Under the pieces are notes generated by a model that worked only from the letters and a program-made list of their open reading frames with translations, did not search any database and was not told the DNA's origin. Source: Takakia lepidozioides (lineage: Eukaryota > Plantae > Bryophyta). Taken from it: a stretch of 64,000 nt of DNA. The stretch lies in NCBI GenBank assembly GCA_030704615.1, contig CM060734.1:40982001-41046000 (forward strand), given 5' to 3'. The position numbers and the translations under genes are program-made. Shown here piece by piece: positions 12,093-25,517 of the stretch; position 1 is the stretch's first letter, and every line of letters starts with the position of its first letter.

Positions 12093-13263
12093 GAATGCAT
12101 ACGCAGCCCCCTCACTAGCCTTGTCAGGCAATGGAACCAACTCAATCCACTTGGAGAACTGCTCCACCATCACCAACACATATATGTGGTGACGCATTGT
12201 TAGTGGCAACGGTCCTACGAAGTCAAAACTCCACTTGTAGCCCAATCCCATGATCGGAAGAGGATGCAACTTTGGTGTAGGGGCATTGAATAAAGCACGC
12301 ACCCTGTCACACACCATGTACCTAGCCACGAACCGTTGCACCTCTGTGTGCATACCACGCCACCAATATTGCCTCTACAGTAAACTGTGAGTGCATCGCA
12401 CTCCAAAGTGTCCCAACTCCTCATGGGCATGTCGCACTAACCGTGCACGCTGAATTGGGTGAGGCACGATCCTCACCCGACCATCCTCCTACACTCGAAG
12501 CAGGTGTATCCCGTTTCACTTGAACCTCTTGGCTCGTTGCAGGATCCGATCTCTCTCCTTGGCAGTCACAGTGGCTGTCGTGTCTCCCGTACGGAGGTAA
12601 TCCAACACAGCCGAATCGTCATATATATCTCTGGCACCACGTGGCTCGTCACTAGTCTCAAGGTCCTCAGACACTCCGTCTACAGTCATACCTGTTGTAG
12701 GTCCAATCTGACCTCCCGCTGCCAAGATACACAAAAATACAGATGCGTGTCATCCCGGCACCATTTCTTCGTCTTTTTCACCATGCCACCAAGCTCCAGT
12801 GTCATCCTGCTGGCTCGTGCATGGATTGCGACTCAATCCATCCGCATCCCGATTGACCAAACCCGGTCGATGCACAATAGGGTGTAGTTTATTTTTTTTA
12901 GATAAAATTTAGAAAAGTTTTATTTAATAAATATGGTAAAGCCTCCTGGAGTATGAGTGCCCATCGTGCAAGCTTCCCCGTTAGTTTGTCTGACTCCATC
13001 AACCACTTGAGTGGCTAGTGATCCGTGACAAGGGTGAAGAGATTGTCATATAGATAGCACCTGAAGTGTGCCACGGCCCACACTGCAGCTAAGCACTCTC
13101 CCTCATATGAGCTGTACTTAGTCTCTGCAGCGTTGTTCGAGCTGCTAGCATAAGCTACTACGAACTCTCTTCCCTCATCATCCACCTGTGTGAGCACTGC
13201 TCCAAACCCCAGTATGCTCCAATCCGTATACAGCAAAGGAGTTTCTCTGATGAGCTGAATCAA
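12093..13263 (-). pseudogene. pol: Ty3/Gypsy pol remnant (RNase H then integrase)
   Basis: RNase H: LYTDWS..GFGAVL..VVAYAS..YSSYEGECLAAVWAV..FTLVTDH*PL. Integrase: HEELGHFG..YWWRGM..CDR..DFVGPLP..FSKW. RH-before-INT order is Gypsy. Confidence 0.9.
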
Positions 13264-14095
13264 ATGAACATATCAGTCCAGTGATATGGGTGTAATTGAA
13301 TGTTGCGTATAATTTTATTGCAATGTGGATGTTCAGATTTTTTAAATGATCTGCGTATGCACATCCTCTCCAACCCTTCACATTCCCCTGGTTTGGAATT
13401 GCTGGAGTGCTGAGCCTGGTCTGCTGAAGCCATAAAGTACGTTAGACAAATATCCAAATGAATCAGGTCACTAGTCTGCTCATTGATGTCATGATCGTTG
13501 TCATGACATGACAACAACAATGCCCAAATATTTTACTTTCCATATGCACATTCCTTCCCTCACAGACAATCACACTTCATCTATGTCCATTTCAAGAACA
13601 AGTAGCTTTGAACTATGTAGTTATAAGCACAACAGTTTAATAGACTGTTGTGCTTGTCACAAATTAAGGCAATACAAAAGTGTGGTCTAGAAAGAGGCAA
13701 TGCATACACCGCTTCCTTCAACCTCCCCCATCTTCCTGGGTTATGTGACAATTTTATACAGGTCCAGCTTTGACTGGGGATGATATAGTCGATGGCGACC
13801 ATAACACCCAACATTGCCGTACAGACTTGCCAATTATGAAAGTGGTGTTATAGTCGGTGATGACTACAACAACTCACTTGCAGGCCATGGTCATATGCGT
13901 TCCACCTCCTATTTCCGTGGACTGTTACCAAGATGCATTAAGTCGAGTTGCTGACATCCACCTTCGATTAGGTTCAGTGTAGGTTCGGGCGAGGGTCGGG
14001 AACCTCTGCTCATGCTCATGCGCTCACCGCTCATGCTCATGGATTTGCAACTCCTCCCCCCCATGGGAGGGCACCCGGGGGGTGCCCCGGTGTGT

Positions 14096-14800
14096 CTAGG
14101 ATATTGTTGCGGGATTGGATTCTAGCTTACGTTTATTAATGATGATGGCTGTGAGAGAGCAGAGGGTTATGAGGTGGATGGCTTCGAAACATTTATAGAT
14201 AGGGGAGATAAAAATTTGGAAGTTGTTATGCAAGTCATTGATGCTGAGATTGTGTATGTCACCTCTTGTACCCACCGTGATGACGGTTAGAAGACCGGTG
14301 CGCCCTCCTCGTCGACGGATGACAAGGATGAGTGGAGCGTATTTTTGCCGTTTTTCCAAGATATAGTCTTGTGGATAACGGTCATGACAGTATGTGAACT
14401 CAATAAAGTGGACGGTAAGTGATGGGGATGGTAAAATAGGAGGTAAGGCGGCCATGGGTAGACCCTGCACCAGTAGAATATCTGGGCAGAATCTAGCGGA
14501 CAGGTGCATGTTTGAGAGATACATATGCATGGGAGCAGCCATGGTTGCCATCCACCAAGGCCGCCCACCTGATCACAATGATTTTCAAGAGATGAGCTGC
14601 GAGAATACTGACTTAGGCTAAAGCCTGTAGTTCAATCTATAGTTGCAAAAAGTATCCGCATGACGAGAGGTATTTGGTTTGATGGTAGAGTACAATAGAT
14701 GGATGACTATCATTGCATTGATAATGCAGATTATGTGCTCGGATAAAGTGAAATGATAGATATCAATGCCCACTTTAGTCCATCCAAATTTAAAAATGAA
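14096..14800 (-). mobile_element. 3' fragment of a non-LTR retrotransposon with restriction-like endonuclease (RLE)
   Basis: PWLLPC.C...C.C.ARFCPDIL...FIEFTYCHDRYP...EKRQKY.PL...ITVGTRG..H...NKRKLE; PD..ExT..K..KY pattern of RLE domains. Confidence 0.75.
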
Positions 14801-15488
14801 CCGTTGGACGATGGGCAATCGTCTAGCTCCGGGCGATATGCGGTTTTTTGTTTCTTTTTAAATAATTTTTTATTTTATAAATCTAAGGTTCGAGCAACCG
14901 CTGGACGACGGTGATTTTTATTATTTATTTATTTTTAATATCGTTTGGATGACTGTTAGGTGACGGCAACGGCCGGGTGACAGTGGCCATGCAATTTATT
15001 TATTTATTTTTAAAAATATTTGTGTGTGTGTGTGTGTGTGTGTGTGTTTTTTTTTTCCCCTATGGGACTGTTGTACGACGGTGACGGCCGGACGATAGTT
15101 GGGCAACCGCTGGTTGACCCCGCGGTCCCCGCGCCATCGTCGCCATACCGACAGCGACAGCAAAACGACGTGACGGCCCTCTCAAATTAAAATTAAATCT
15201 ATTAATTGAATTTTTTTTCATGCGTGTAATTTTCGACGGGTGTGAATACTTACATGTCACACTGCTCTGCCCCTCCCTCTGAAAATTACATTACCGACAC
15301 CTAAAACCAACGTGACTTAAGCCGCGTTAGCATTAGGTCTGACACGACCTGATGTCACTGACGAAGATAACGTACATTATATTGCCGTGGAAAATGTTAT
15401 CTACCGTCTTATTAGTCGCTTTTTGTCTTTAGTATCGGGATGCATTATCTGCCCATCTCTTTCCACATCAGTTTGACGACGTTGCTAC

Positions 15489-15813
15489 CAGTGTTGGGCG
15501 GTTCTTGCATTTGTGAAGGAACCTTCGGTTCGGGTTCCACAATTATTTCAAGAGACGGTTCCGGATCCAGTTCCGGTTTTTTTTTATTGAGCCAGTTCCG
15601 GTCCGGTTCCGGATCCAATTTTTAAACATGGGGGCGGTTCCGGTTACCGGTTAGTTGCTGATAAAAACCACGGTTCCCGGTTAGGTTCCGGGTTTGTTTT
15701 CAAAAAAAAAATATTGTTTTAATTTTATTAGATTTAAAATATTTTATCAGTCCGGGATTTGAACACAATCACATACTACAATCCAACGATTTTATTAGTT
15801 TTCACTAACCAAA

Positions 15814-15852
<39 letters not shown>

Positions 15853-16312
15853 AAATAAACAGGTAGAAGAAAATGAGTAACATTTTATGGGTTGAAATTA
15901 CTATTCAGCTATCTGGCCAGGATATCATGGAGATGAAGATTGAACCCAAGATCTCATGGCGTTGAAGCATTGAACATAGAATGTCATGGCCTTCAAGCAT
16001 TGAACCCAGGATCTCATGGAGCTTGAGAGCATTAAAGAAGTTTTGCCATGAGGCCCACCAGCTCTCCAGGATTATGCCATGTTATGCCAAGGGCCCACCA
16101 AGGGTTCAAGAACTTGAACCTGTTTTTATTCCCATGCGCCCCGGTAAACGGTTCTTACACCCAACAGGAACCTCTGGTTCGGTTCTGTGCCGATCCCCAT
16201 TGGCAAGTTCCGGTTCTGGGTTAGGTTCTGCAGGAATGGGCCCGATTCCGGTCCGGTTCCGGTTAACCTGAACCTGAACCGGCGGTTAACCTGGGTCCCG
16301 GCGGGTACACTG
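15489..16312. mobile_element. Non-autonomous hAT element (824 bp)
   Basis: CAGTGT...ACACTG termini; perfect 8-bp TSD GTTGCTAC (15481-15488, 16313-16320); GGTTCC subterminal repeats. Confidence 0.93.
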
Positions 16313-17349
16313 GTTGCTACTCTCAGAGGCTGTGAATTGAACTGTCGTACATGGGATTCACGTCGCCCTTAATATTCATATCGACTGGATTGTTTTTCAA
16401 GTCGACATCACCACTGTTTTCAAGACCATCTCAGATATAGATCTGTTGATGTTGTTGAGGTGCGGCACAAAAGTCTCTATGAACTTGTCAAATAGAAGGA
16501 TGTGACGCTTGTTGAACTAGCGGGTGACGTAAGCGGCTGCATTAGCGTATGTAAGATGGGTCAATCTTTCGTGTTTCATGATCTTTTCCTTGGACGCAAC
16601 GTAACAGAAGTAGATACGTGTAATGTTTGTACACCCTATCAAGTTCTTGAGAGAGATTGTGATTTCAGATTATGTGCGTGTAATATTAATGTTTCTTATA
16701 ACACGGTAAGTGCGTTCTATTTTGCTGTGATTTCTTGTGACGTTGCTGTCGTGCACCTAAACATCATGCCACAATATACATCACTGTCCACCAGATATTC
16801 TTTGGCTCTTCTTCCACACCATGAAAACCTTGAATTTAGCTTGACTAGCTCTCATATACAAGTGCAAACGAAATGCTAACACCTTGCACTCATATATGCA
16901 AACATCGTCTTCTTCTAGTGATAAGAGATGTGAAAAAAGATAAATCCATTCTCTCACTTTATATAAGTCAAGCCAATGACACCTTTGGGACTCCGCCATA
17001 CATACCTCACCTTGCACACACCATCTCAAGTACAACAATCGTGACGGCGAGAGAGGCATCGGGAGGCTCGACTAGAAGAAGACACACATTCCTAAGTCTC
17101 ACATGAAAATAACTTTCTCCATGTCCCAAGTGAGATTTATAACCTCACTTGGTACATGAAATCAAGTGAAGTCCCAATGTCAACTTATAAATACAAATAT
17201 AAATGTACATTGTCATAATTAACTAGAAATAAATCATTTCTAGTTAGCCATGACACTCTCTTCTGGGTAGTACAAACTTGTAGGTATCGACATACTCAAA
17301 CAATGCATCTTCCGTCTAAGCTTCACTAAACAATATTTTTACATATTAA

Positions 17350-18572
17350 CACTACAGGAAAAAAGGGGGGGGGGGTTTTTTTGACGCCGCGGCATCGTAA
17401 AACAGTTTTTTTCGGGCAGGGGAGGAGAATCAAATTTGCGACGCCTGGGCGTCGCAAGCCCGTCGCCAAAAAAACGTCGCAAATTTGCAATCAATGGAGG
17501 CGCAAATAGGCGAAACCGCGATTTGCAACGCTGACGCGATTTGCGACGGCCGGACTAAAAAATAAATAAATAAAATAAATAAATAAAAAACAACCTACTC
17601 TGCACTGCAGAATTAACACCGTCCGGGGGTCGCAAAGTGCGACACCCGGACGTCACAATTTAAGGGGGTACATTTGAATTTAGGCGGGAAAATTTGAATT
17701 TGAAATTTAAATTTCAAAAACTTGTTGACCATTGGCTCCGACGTTGACCATTGACTCCGGTTCTGTCTAATGGCGATATGTTCATTGTTCTACATATATC
17801 ATGTAATGCATACTTGAACCTAAGACCTCCACATTATAATATTTCTAAGACACTACGAACTAACCAACACACCTACGCTACATCTATGTATTACAAAAAT
17901 TATCTAAATATATAAATAAATAAATATATATAACGATTTTCTTCAAGTTCCTTCAAGTTTCTTTTAAGGGGGGTTTTCTTGTGACGCCGGGGAGTTGCAA
18001 CCTCCACAACCTTAGTGCCCAGCCCCAGCCCCAACGTCGTCGTCGTTGTTGCACCCCCCCACTGCTAGGCGCCCCAAGCGACGTCTTTGTGATGACCTAA
18101 GCTGACCACAACATCATTGCGATCCACTGTGGCGACGCCGTTGCGACCCCTTGGCGTCGCAACGTTGGACGTCCCACCGTGGGGCGCCCCCAGCGACGCT
18201 TTTGTGAAGTTGAGGGCCGCAATGCCAAAAAAAAAAAAAAAAAAAAAACTCCCATTGTGGTGATGCTGTTGCGACACCTTTGCATCGCATAGGCACTTGG
18301 GCGCCCTTAGTGACACTTTTGCGACGCCGAGGTGTCGCAACGTCATTAGAAATAAAATAAAAATAAAAATAAGAAATTCCGACGCCGGAGCGTCGCAAGA
18401 AAAAAAATCCGTCGCAGCGAGGGCCATCTTTCCCCTTCATGCCACCTTACGACGGATGGGCGTCGTAACGGTGTCGCAGCGAGAGATTGCGACGCTGGGG
18501 CATCGCAAAAAAGCGCCACGCGGAGCGTGAGGGCGCGGCTGACGTTGCAAACCCTTCCCATTTGCTGTAGTG
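17350..18572. mobile_element. Non-autonomous CACTA element (1223 bp)
   Basis: TIRs CACTACAGGAAA / TTTGCTGTAGTG; 3-bp TSD TAA; many GCGACG/CGTCGC subterminal repeats. Confidence 0.93.
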
Positions 18573-19649
18573 TAAATAAAACTAACAGGCTGCAATTAGC
18601 GGTAGAAGTATTGAACGTCTATTCTTGCACAACTTTTAGCTAAGATGTTGAGCTACGAGTGAACTTTCCGGCGCTCTAAACAGAAGAAGAGAAACAGTTC
18701 GTCCGAGGGAGAAGATGATGCATGCTTCCACAAAGGTAGGTTGCGGATATCCATAGTTGGAGTAGAAACGGAAAGATGATCTCTTGGAGGAGTTTCACGT
18801 GTTAAATTCCACCAAATCGATTTTCAGAATTGGAAAAACTCACAGTCTCCATCTCTATTTTTTTTTTTTTTTCCGAGCTTTACTTTTCTTTATGAAAGGA
18901 CATTTGAAAGGTTGATGGTATTTAGTTAGTTAAGGTAAGTAATTTGCAAATATTTGTTATTTGAATTTTTTAGTAGACTCCTTTTAGTTCTAGGTTGGAC
19001 TAGTCATGGGAAGCTTGATAAGGGGGGCTATACTTGGCAACCATAGCCTTGCAGTGGATTACTAAAAAAAAGTGATCTTTGCTATGGAAGAACTAATGGT
19101 GGTGTCAAATCATTAATGCATCCCATTAACGAGTGCATACTTAATTTAGGGTTCGTGTTAGACAGAGCTAGGTTAGGTCCCGAAGGCGCCGCCTAGCCCC
19201 GAGGGTGCTGCTAGTGTGGATTATAATTTTTCTATGTTATAAGTGTTTTGCGTTTGTAATTTGTAACCAACAGTTAGTACTAACTCATTGACGTATTTAC
19301 GAAAACAATAGTCCAGGAATAAGCAATGCGAATGTATAATTACCCTTGGTATAAGGGTTATGGTTATTTTAGAGGAGAGATATCTATTGTAAATATTAAT
19401 TATTCAATAAACAACAACAAATTAATTTCAATTAACCAACTTTAGTATTTCTTTTCTTTTTGAATAACTTTATGTATATGTTCAAAAATAGAGATATTGA
19501 TTTATTTAGTTCTTACTAGTACCCATTGATCTAGATGAGTCAAGAATATATAATTAATTAGATCATTTTGAAGAAAAGATCAGCCCAACAAACAATATTA
19601 CTATAACCAAAATAAAAGAAGAGAATCAAAACTAACTATATGAAGCAGT

Positions 19650-19720
19650 GTGACGGCTATTGGGATTTGAAACCCCAACCTCGAATGTGCAAGCAAAATC
19701 TCTAACCGGTAAGTCCCTCA
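19650..19720 (-). other. Degenerate tRNA-derived (SINE-like) head
   Basis: Minus strand has B-box-like GGTTTCAAATCCC and A-box-like CCGGTTAGAG; no intact cloverleaf. Confidence 0.3.
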
Positions 19721-20174
19721 AGTTATATTCAAAAACAACTTGTCTATCTAAGTACTTATAGGGCTATTACAAGAGTTTTTTTTTATTAAAAAAATATAAG
19801 CAAAACTAACTCAGTTGTAACAAACGAGAGTTGATCCCTCAACCTTGGCAATGCAACGAAGGTCCCTGACCAATAGATCAAGATGGATGTGTGAGAACAC
19901 AAGTAGTAATTTAACTACTTATCATTCATTTCTAAGATCTATCCAAGGAATCTTGAAATTAAAAAAACTAACTACAAGGGAATGGTTTAAACGGTTGTTT
20001 CACAACTTCCAATTATGCAACGCTTCAATTCCCTGAACATGATCAGACACCACGAGGCTTGAATCGCCACTAGTTATTACGAGTTAGCCGGTGATTAACG
20101 TTTCCATCAGCAGATCATTTCACGAACCTTCGGCCTCCTTCTTGAAATTCTAGCGTTCCCTCGTTCAGTCCCGA

Positions 20175-20400
20175 TGATCGCTGGTCCTTCAAATCAGATG
20201 CTACTACCCGCTTCACGGTATATTTACAAGCATTTCCACTACATATAGAGTAACACTGATCGCTGGTCCCTCAAATCGGATGCTACTACCCGCTTCACGG
20301 TGTATGTATAAGCACTTCTACTACATATAGAGTAACACTGATCGCTTGTCCTTCAAATCAGATGCTACTACCCGCTTCACGGTGTATGTACAAGCATTTC
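20175..20400. repeat. 82-bp tandem repeat, ~2.75 copies
   Basis: TGATCGCT(G/T)GTCC...ATGCTACTACCCGCTTCACGGT starts at 20175, 20257 and 20339. Confidence 0.9.
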
Positions 20401-20476
20401 GAGTACACCTTCTACTATCTATGACAACCTCTTTTCCTGATCTATTGCAAAGCAAACACTCAAGCTACTACTGATA

Positions 20477-20507
<31 letters not shown>

Positions 20508-21004
20508 GACTAGACTGTCTCTTTCTCTTTTTCGCCGGCTGATTTATATCAGTCCGTCGCCCTACATCCATCACTTGTTTTGACTACTTTCATCCATCCC
20601 TTTCTCAAAAAAATAATAAATTACTACTCGTGCATTTAAGCACCGTAGTTAAAGTTTTTAATTAATTTTCCCTATAGTGTCTATTAATATAATATATAAT
20701 CTTTTTATTTTAATCTTTCAAATCTGCGCCCTCCACCTGAATGGTCCAGATCGAACCACGTGTTTTTCCTCCATCTATTGTCATCTGTCCAAAAATCCAA
20801 CCCGTAATCCATCCATCCATCCATGGTTCCATCCGCTGATTTCATCCATTTTCATTCTTCCTCATAATTTTCAACCATCTATAACTTTCATCCATCCAAG
20901 GACATGACCAACTTAAGTTGGTACATGACCAACTTACATTGATACATGAGCCGCTTTGAATGTTGCTCCTCATCCATGTCATTCATCCGTTTGGGAAGTG
21001 GGGA

Positions 21005-21600
21005 TCGTTACCCTTCATCAAAGATTGGGGAGAGGTTCCCATGCTTGAAGTAGCGAGTTGTAGCGCTTGGTTGCTTTGAGAGTCGTCTATTGGTGAGACT
21101 TCCAGTACAAATAGACATATTTGCCCACATTTGCTGAGTAAAAAAGACATTGATCTTGAATCATTATTGGCGTTGAAGATTCTTCGTTGAGTTCTAAATC
21201 ATACCTCCATACCATGTAGTCTCTAGGGTACTGTTCGCAAACCAAAAGTTGCATTGCTGTACTGCCGACTCCTTGTCAGAAACTTCAAAGGTATAATCCA
21301 CAGGGTAGTCTGGCAGACAATGTCAACGCGTACTAACGGAATCAAACGCCCACCACTTCCGTGCACTTATAAGAGGCTGTACAATGTGTGCAGGCCCAAC
21401 AAGCATGTAAACCCATTTTTCCTTGATGTCTACCTGTTTGCGAGTCTCCAGGACGTCGTTGCGGCCTTCGTCATCAACCACTGCTAGCGCATTCTGCCAT
21501 TTCTTACAACCACCTGTCAACGGTAAATAATAAGAGCGAGGCACCCGTGCAAGGCATTCTAGTATCACATGGTCTGCCAATCCTGGAATCAAAGAGTTGT
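21005..21600 (-). pseudogene. F-box/kelch-repeat pseudogene
   Basis: F-box LIPGLADHVILECLARVPRS..CKKW; kelch remnants WWAFD, VWRYD..CLF.SA..G, KRYNS..WEPLP; internal stops and frameshifts. Confidence 0.85.
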
Positions 21601-22325
21601 TCTTCGACTGGTCCTCCGACTCTACATTGCTAGAATTCCATTTTATTTATGATTTCTTACTATGATTTTGTACTAAACTTCATAAAATATATACTAATGT
21701 ACATAAAATGTGCTATTCTAAATTATGATCCGAAAAAGTGATCGACAGGCTGCTCCACCCCTAGAGGTAAAGGCCATTTGCACAAAATCCATGAAATATA
21801 TAAAAAGCACTTGATGTATTCATCATAGTCTATCTGCAGCTACAATATGCCAACATCTGTCGATGTCTATTTGCTGACTTGCCCTCTTCTAGTGCTCCTA
21901 GGCTGACACACTCATTGAGAAAACAAGTAAAGGTGACAGTCTCAAGCATCTGAATCCCTTCCCTATCATTTGTTCAATAACCCAAAAGCCTCCCTACCAC
22001 ACTATACCATGCAATCATCGAATTCCATCAGACCACTTTTGGCTGTCATTGCATGTTGTTGAACACGTCACGTGTATCCTTCATGCCACTGTGGTTCCAA
22101 TGAACAACAGCACACGAGCGCTGCTGAGCTCGTGTGGGCACTATGCTAACTCATAAATCCAATGGATCGTCCTTCACGAATATTTCAGATTCCTAACTGA
22201 TGTGCGGACGCCTTCCATCCACATCAATTCGGTTTATATCCATCGGAAATGGAAAAAGTTAGTGGGTGGCAGAGAGCGGAGACGGCCATAGCCAGGAGCT
22301 TGCAGCTCTGCGTAGCACAGCAGCC

Positions 22326-25300
22326 ATGCCGCCCACGCTGGCTGTGCCTCTGCTATCCCCGTCCTCAGTAACCCATTTTTTTGCTGCTCCTCAGAAGCTG
22401 CATTGCTTCAGAAAATGCCATGGATTCAGCGTGCGGCTATCGAAGACTCAACAGCAGTGTAGGATTAATGTTGAGAGGACTGCAAGGGAAATCTTCCTCA
22501 GGCCTCGAGGTTTTGTAAGGAGGAGGAGGAAGCGTGAGCCTCTTTGCATCCGTTGCAGCCAAGCTGTGTCGTCTGAGGCTGCTGCACATAGTAATGGAGA
22601 TGAAGAGGGAGAGAATGATGGAGCTATGGGCTTAGCCACGTTAGAACAGTATATTCAACTCAATGTTGGCTCTTGGAGTGGCACGTTCACAGTATGTATC
22701 CAGTAGCATTCTCGCTGTCTAGACCGGCAAAATCTTTGAAACTAGGACTGATTTCCAGAAATGTGATGCGCCTTTCGGGGCTCTACCTATTTAAGGAATT
22801 TTCCACATCCACATTTTTCCCTGGGTTGATTGAGTCTAGAATTCTGCAGGATACTGACATTGATAAATCAACCCTTATGAAACACCTCCATTCCCTTCAC
22901 CTTCGAAATGTAGAGGAAGTATCGTGGTGGACAACTTATGCCTTCATTTTTGGAAGCACAACTTGAAGAAGACTGTGGCTCTTAATGGACTTCTCTGCAG
23001 CTACTAGATGAGCAAACTCACATTTTAAAGCAGTCAGTTTGACAATCCTCGCGCACTCTTAAAACTTCTGCTCTTCTCTGGGAATTGTTACTTTTCTCAC
23101 TGCATTTTCCCCGTTCAACTGCTAGTGTATAGCTGTTCATGTTAGGAGGGAAGGTCAAGTGCTCTCAGCACAAAACTGTGACTAAAGTGAGTCTGGTGGG
23201 GTGTACATGCAGCAATATGACTTACAAGGTAACTCATTGCATTGCATTCCAACAAAATTGACCGCGTTCTCTTCTGGAAAAAGTTCTAATATCAGCCTCC
23301 TTCAAACGTGAGTATCTTCTTCTCAGAGTTTATTGTACTATAATGTCATTTAGTAAGCTGTCCCACAATTTTTCAATTTTTGAATGTGCAGCAAGTTATG
23401 GGCAAGAATAAGATGCTTGGATATTTTTGGGCAGTCTGTGACTTGTTTTTCCGTGTCTGTAAGTTCAGCTGCTATCTTTCCAAGGAAGAGTATTATGATG
23501 TGTTCATCAGCTTTAAATTGAAACTGAAGTGGTAACTGGCAGCTTGAACGTAAAGCAGGCGAAATCCAAGACTTCTGTCTCTGGTGATAGTGATAGTGAG
23601 CCTGCTTGGCAGGAGTACAAGTTAGATGAGACCAATCTCTTCACAATCGACAGGCGGCAACAGGTGAGTGTGCCATTGCCTTACTGCAATCGAGGATTCA
23701 TGGAAACATGTGATAGGATGAAGTAGAATCTTCAGTTGTTTGGTCCAAGCTTCATTTGGATGCAGCTCACTCTCTTAGAGGTGAGAGGAACTACATTCAA
23801 GAGTTGGAAATATGGCCATGTTGGGAGAAATGAGCTTGATTCAAAGAACATGTCTCCTAGATACAGCTCAAATTGGCTTCTTGTTGTTTTGGCAGATTGG
23901 ATTTTTTCCGGGGGAGATGGCATACACAGTGTCGCATCAGACTGCAGAGATGTTGGACAAGGTGTTGAGAGCTGGTGTGCTTGGGGAAGATGATGACGAA
24001 GAGGAGGAGTTCCCAATGTAAGCTCTGCCTTGACTACCTGCTTCAATCAATCAATGGTTGTGATGCGCCCACCCAGATCGCCCCCATGTCAGCCTCAGAC
24101 AGAGAGAGAAGGACCTGAATCTTGAGGCGTAGTTCGTTCTCTGCTTTGGACTGCCTCTCCCTCCCTGTGAACCAGGTATGCTTCAGTAGTTATGATAGCG
24201 GTATTATAGTGAGCCCATGAACAGCTGTAGGCAGGTGCCGCATCAAATCCGTCAGTTGGTCACTGGAACTTTGTCACATGTCTCACTATAGTGGCAACTG
24301 ATGTTTGACAGTTGAAACTGCAGTCGGCCAACACGTCTAAGAAGCTTATACTTTCAATCGGCCAGAATGAAGTCCAATTGTCATGATCGTAGGAACACAG
24401 GGGACTGCTATGGGCTGCTTTGAAGAATCCTCATTTGGTAGCTTGTTTGATACGTGCCTACAGTCAGGTTGGTATCGTACCTGACCGGGAGTGCTTTGCA
24501 ATGTGCAGGGGAGTGAAGCTTCCGTCTCGGCGACCAGCTCTGGTGTGTGAGAGCTGCCTTTATTCTCTGGATGGCAATCGCCGCGTGCGGGCCTTTCATG
24601 TATTGGATCCTCGGGGTTTCATTGATGTCATTGGAGTTTTCCATGAAAGCAAAGAAGGCATTTCTTTTGCTGACTCGCAGAAGGAGCTGTACAAAGAAGC
24701 CTCACAGAGAGTGGAGACATTACTTGGTATCTGGTCAGGGAAGCTAGTGACAAGGCGAACAGGCATCTACGGTGCCACCATAGCTGAAGGTGCTGTTGAA
24801 GTGCTCTATGAAACACAGGAGAATGGCAGCTTTCGGCAGGTGACCTGCCCCTCTCCCCTTCCCCTTTTCTCTTCCCCACAAAGAGGACATTAAGATGGTT
24901 TCAGCTGGCTGTTAAACATGTAACATTGCGACCTAGATGGCTATGGGGCTATGGCGACCTCAAGTTCAGTAACTGGTTCTCTGTCATTTTTTCTCTGTTC
25001 AACTTTTGGAATTAAGTTTATCTGCTTATGTTCTTACCTTCACAGGAAATAACATCCAGCAGGGGAGGGGGCATAAAGCTTGTTTTGAGCGGGACATCAA
25101 CAGGTGCTGTTCTGCGATTTGAAGGAGGACTACTAACTACTCTACTTCCAGGTGGCATGAGTCTGACATGTCCAGCTAGTGTTGGTAGAAGTGTAGGGAG
25201 AGCACAATCATTCTACTTTGAGTTCTCTTGGATGGAGAACCCAAGACAGCGCCGCCGATTAGTCCGCACATATGATGTTGATGGCTTGGTGGTATCCACA

Positions 25301-25336
25301 GCCCTTGCCACCGAGGATAAAAAAGGTGTATTATAA
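22326..25336 (+). CDS. DUF3598-domain protein with probable plastid transit peptide (At2g44760-like), 6 exons
   Basis: GT-AG exons 22326-22691, 23213-23307, 23543-23663, 23896-24017, 24509-24839, 25046-25336 splice in frame; motifs N.GSWSGTFTQYD, LPSRRPALVCESCLY, RRRLVRTYDVDGLVVS. Confidence 0.88.
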
Positions 25337-25517
25337 TTGTAAGTCCCTCTACTTCTCAGGCAGGCTCTTACTTGAGATTGAGATTTTAGAGAATTGTAGA
25401 AACTGAGGTAATCTTGGCTGCTTCAATAAAGCCCTGCTGTGGGTCCAGTTTTGACTGTCCTTCTTTCGCCACTTCATATCTCTAGGTTCTGATGGGTGTC
25501 TTTTAGAATCTGTGTAA

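Larger units (their letters stand above)
6573..14080 (-). mobile_element. Decayed Mutator-like (SWIM-finger) DNA transposon with nested insertions
   Basis: Degenerate TIRs: left gggtacccccgatgggg..ttgca..gagcatgag..gcatgagcagagg; right, reverse complemented, gggtgccctcccatgggg..ttgca..gagcatgag..gcatgagcagagg. Internal minus-strand coding remnants. No TSD seen. Confidence 0.55.

Noticed and set aside
16780-17090. Second F-box remnant (SLPM..LLYLRW.VCK..EWIY)
   Set aside because: Too degenerate to support
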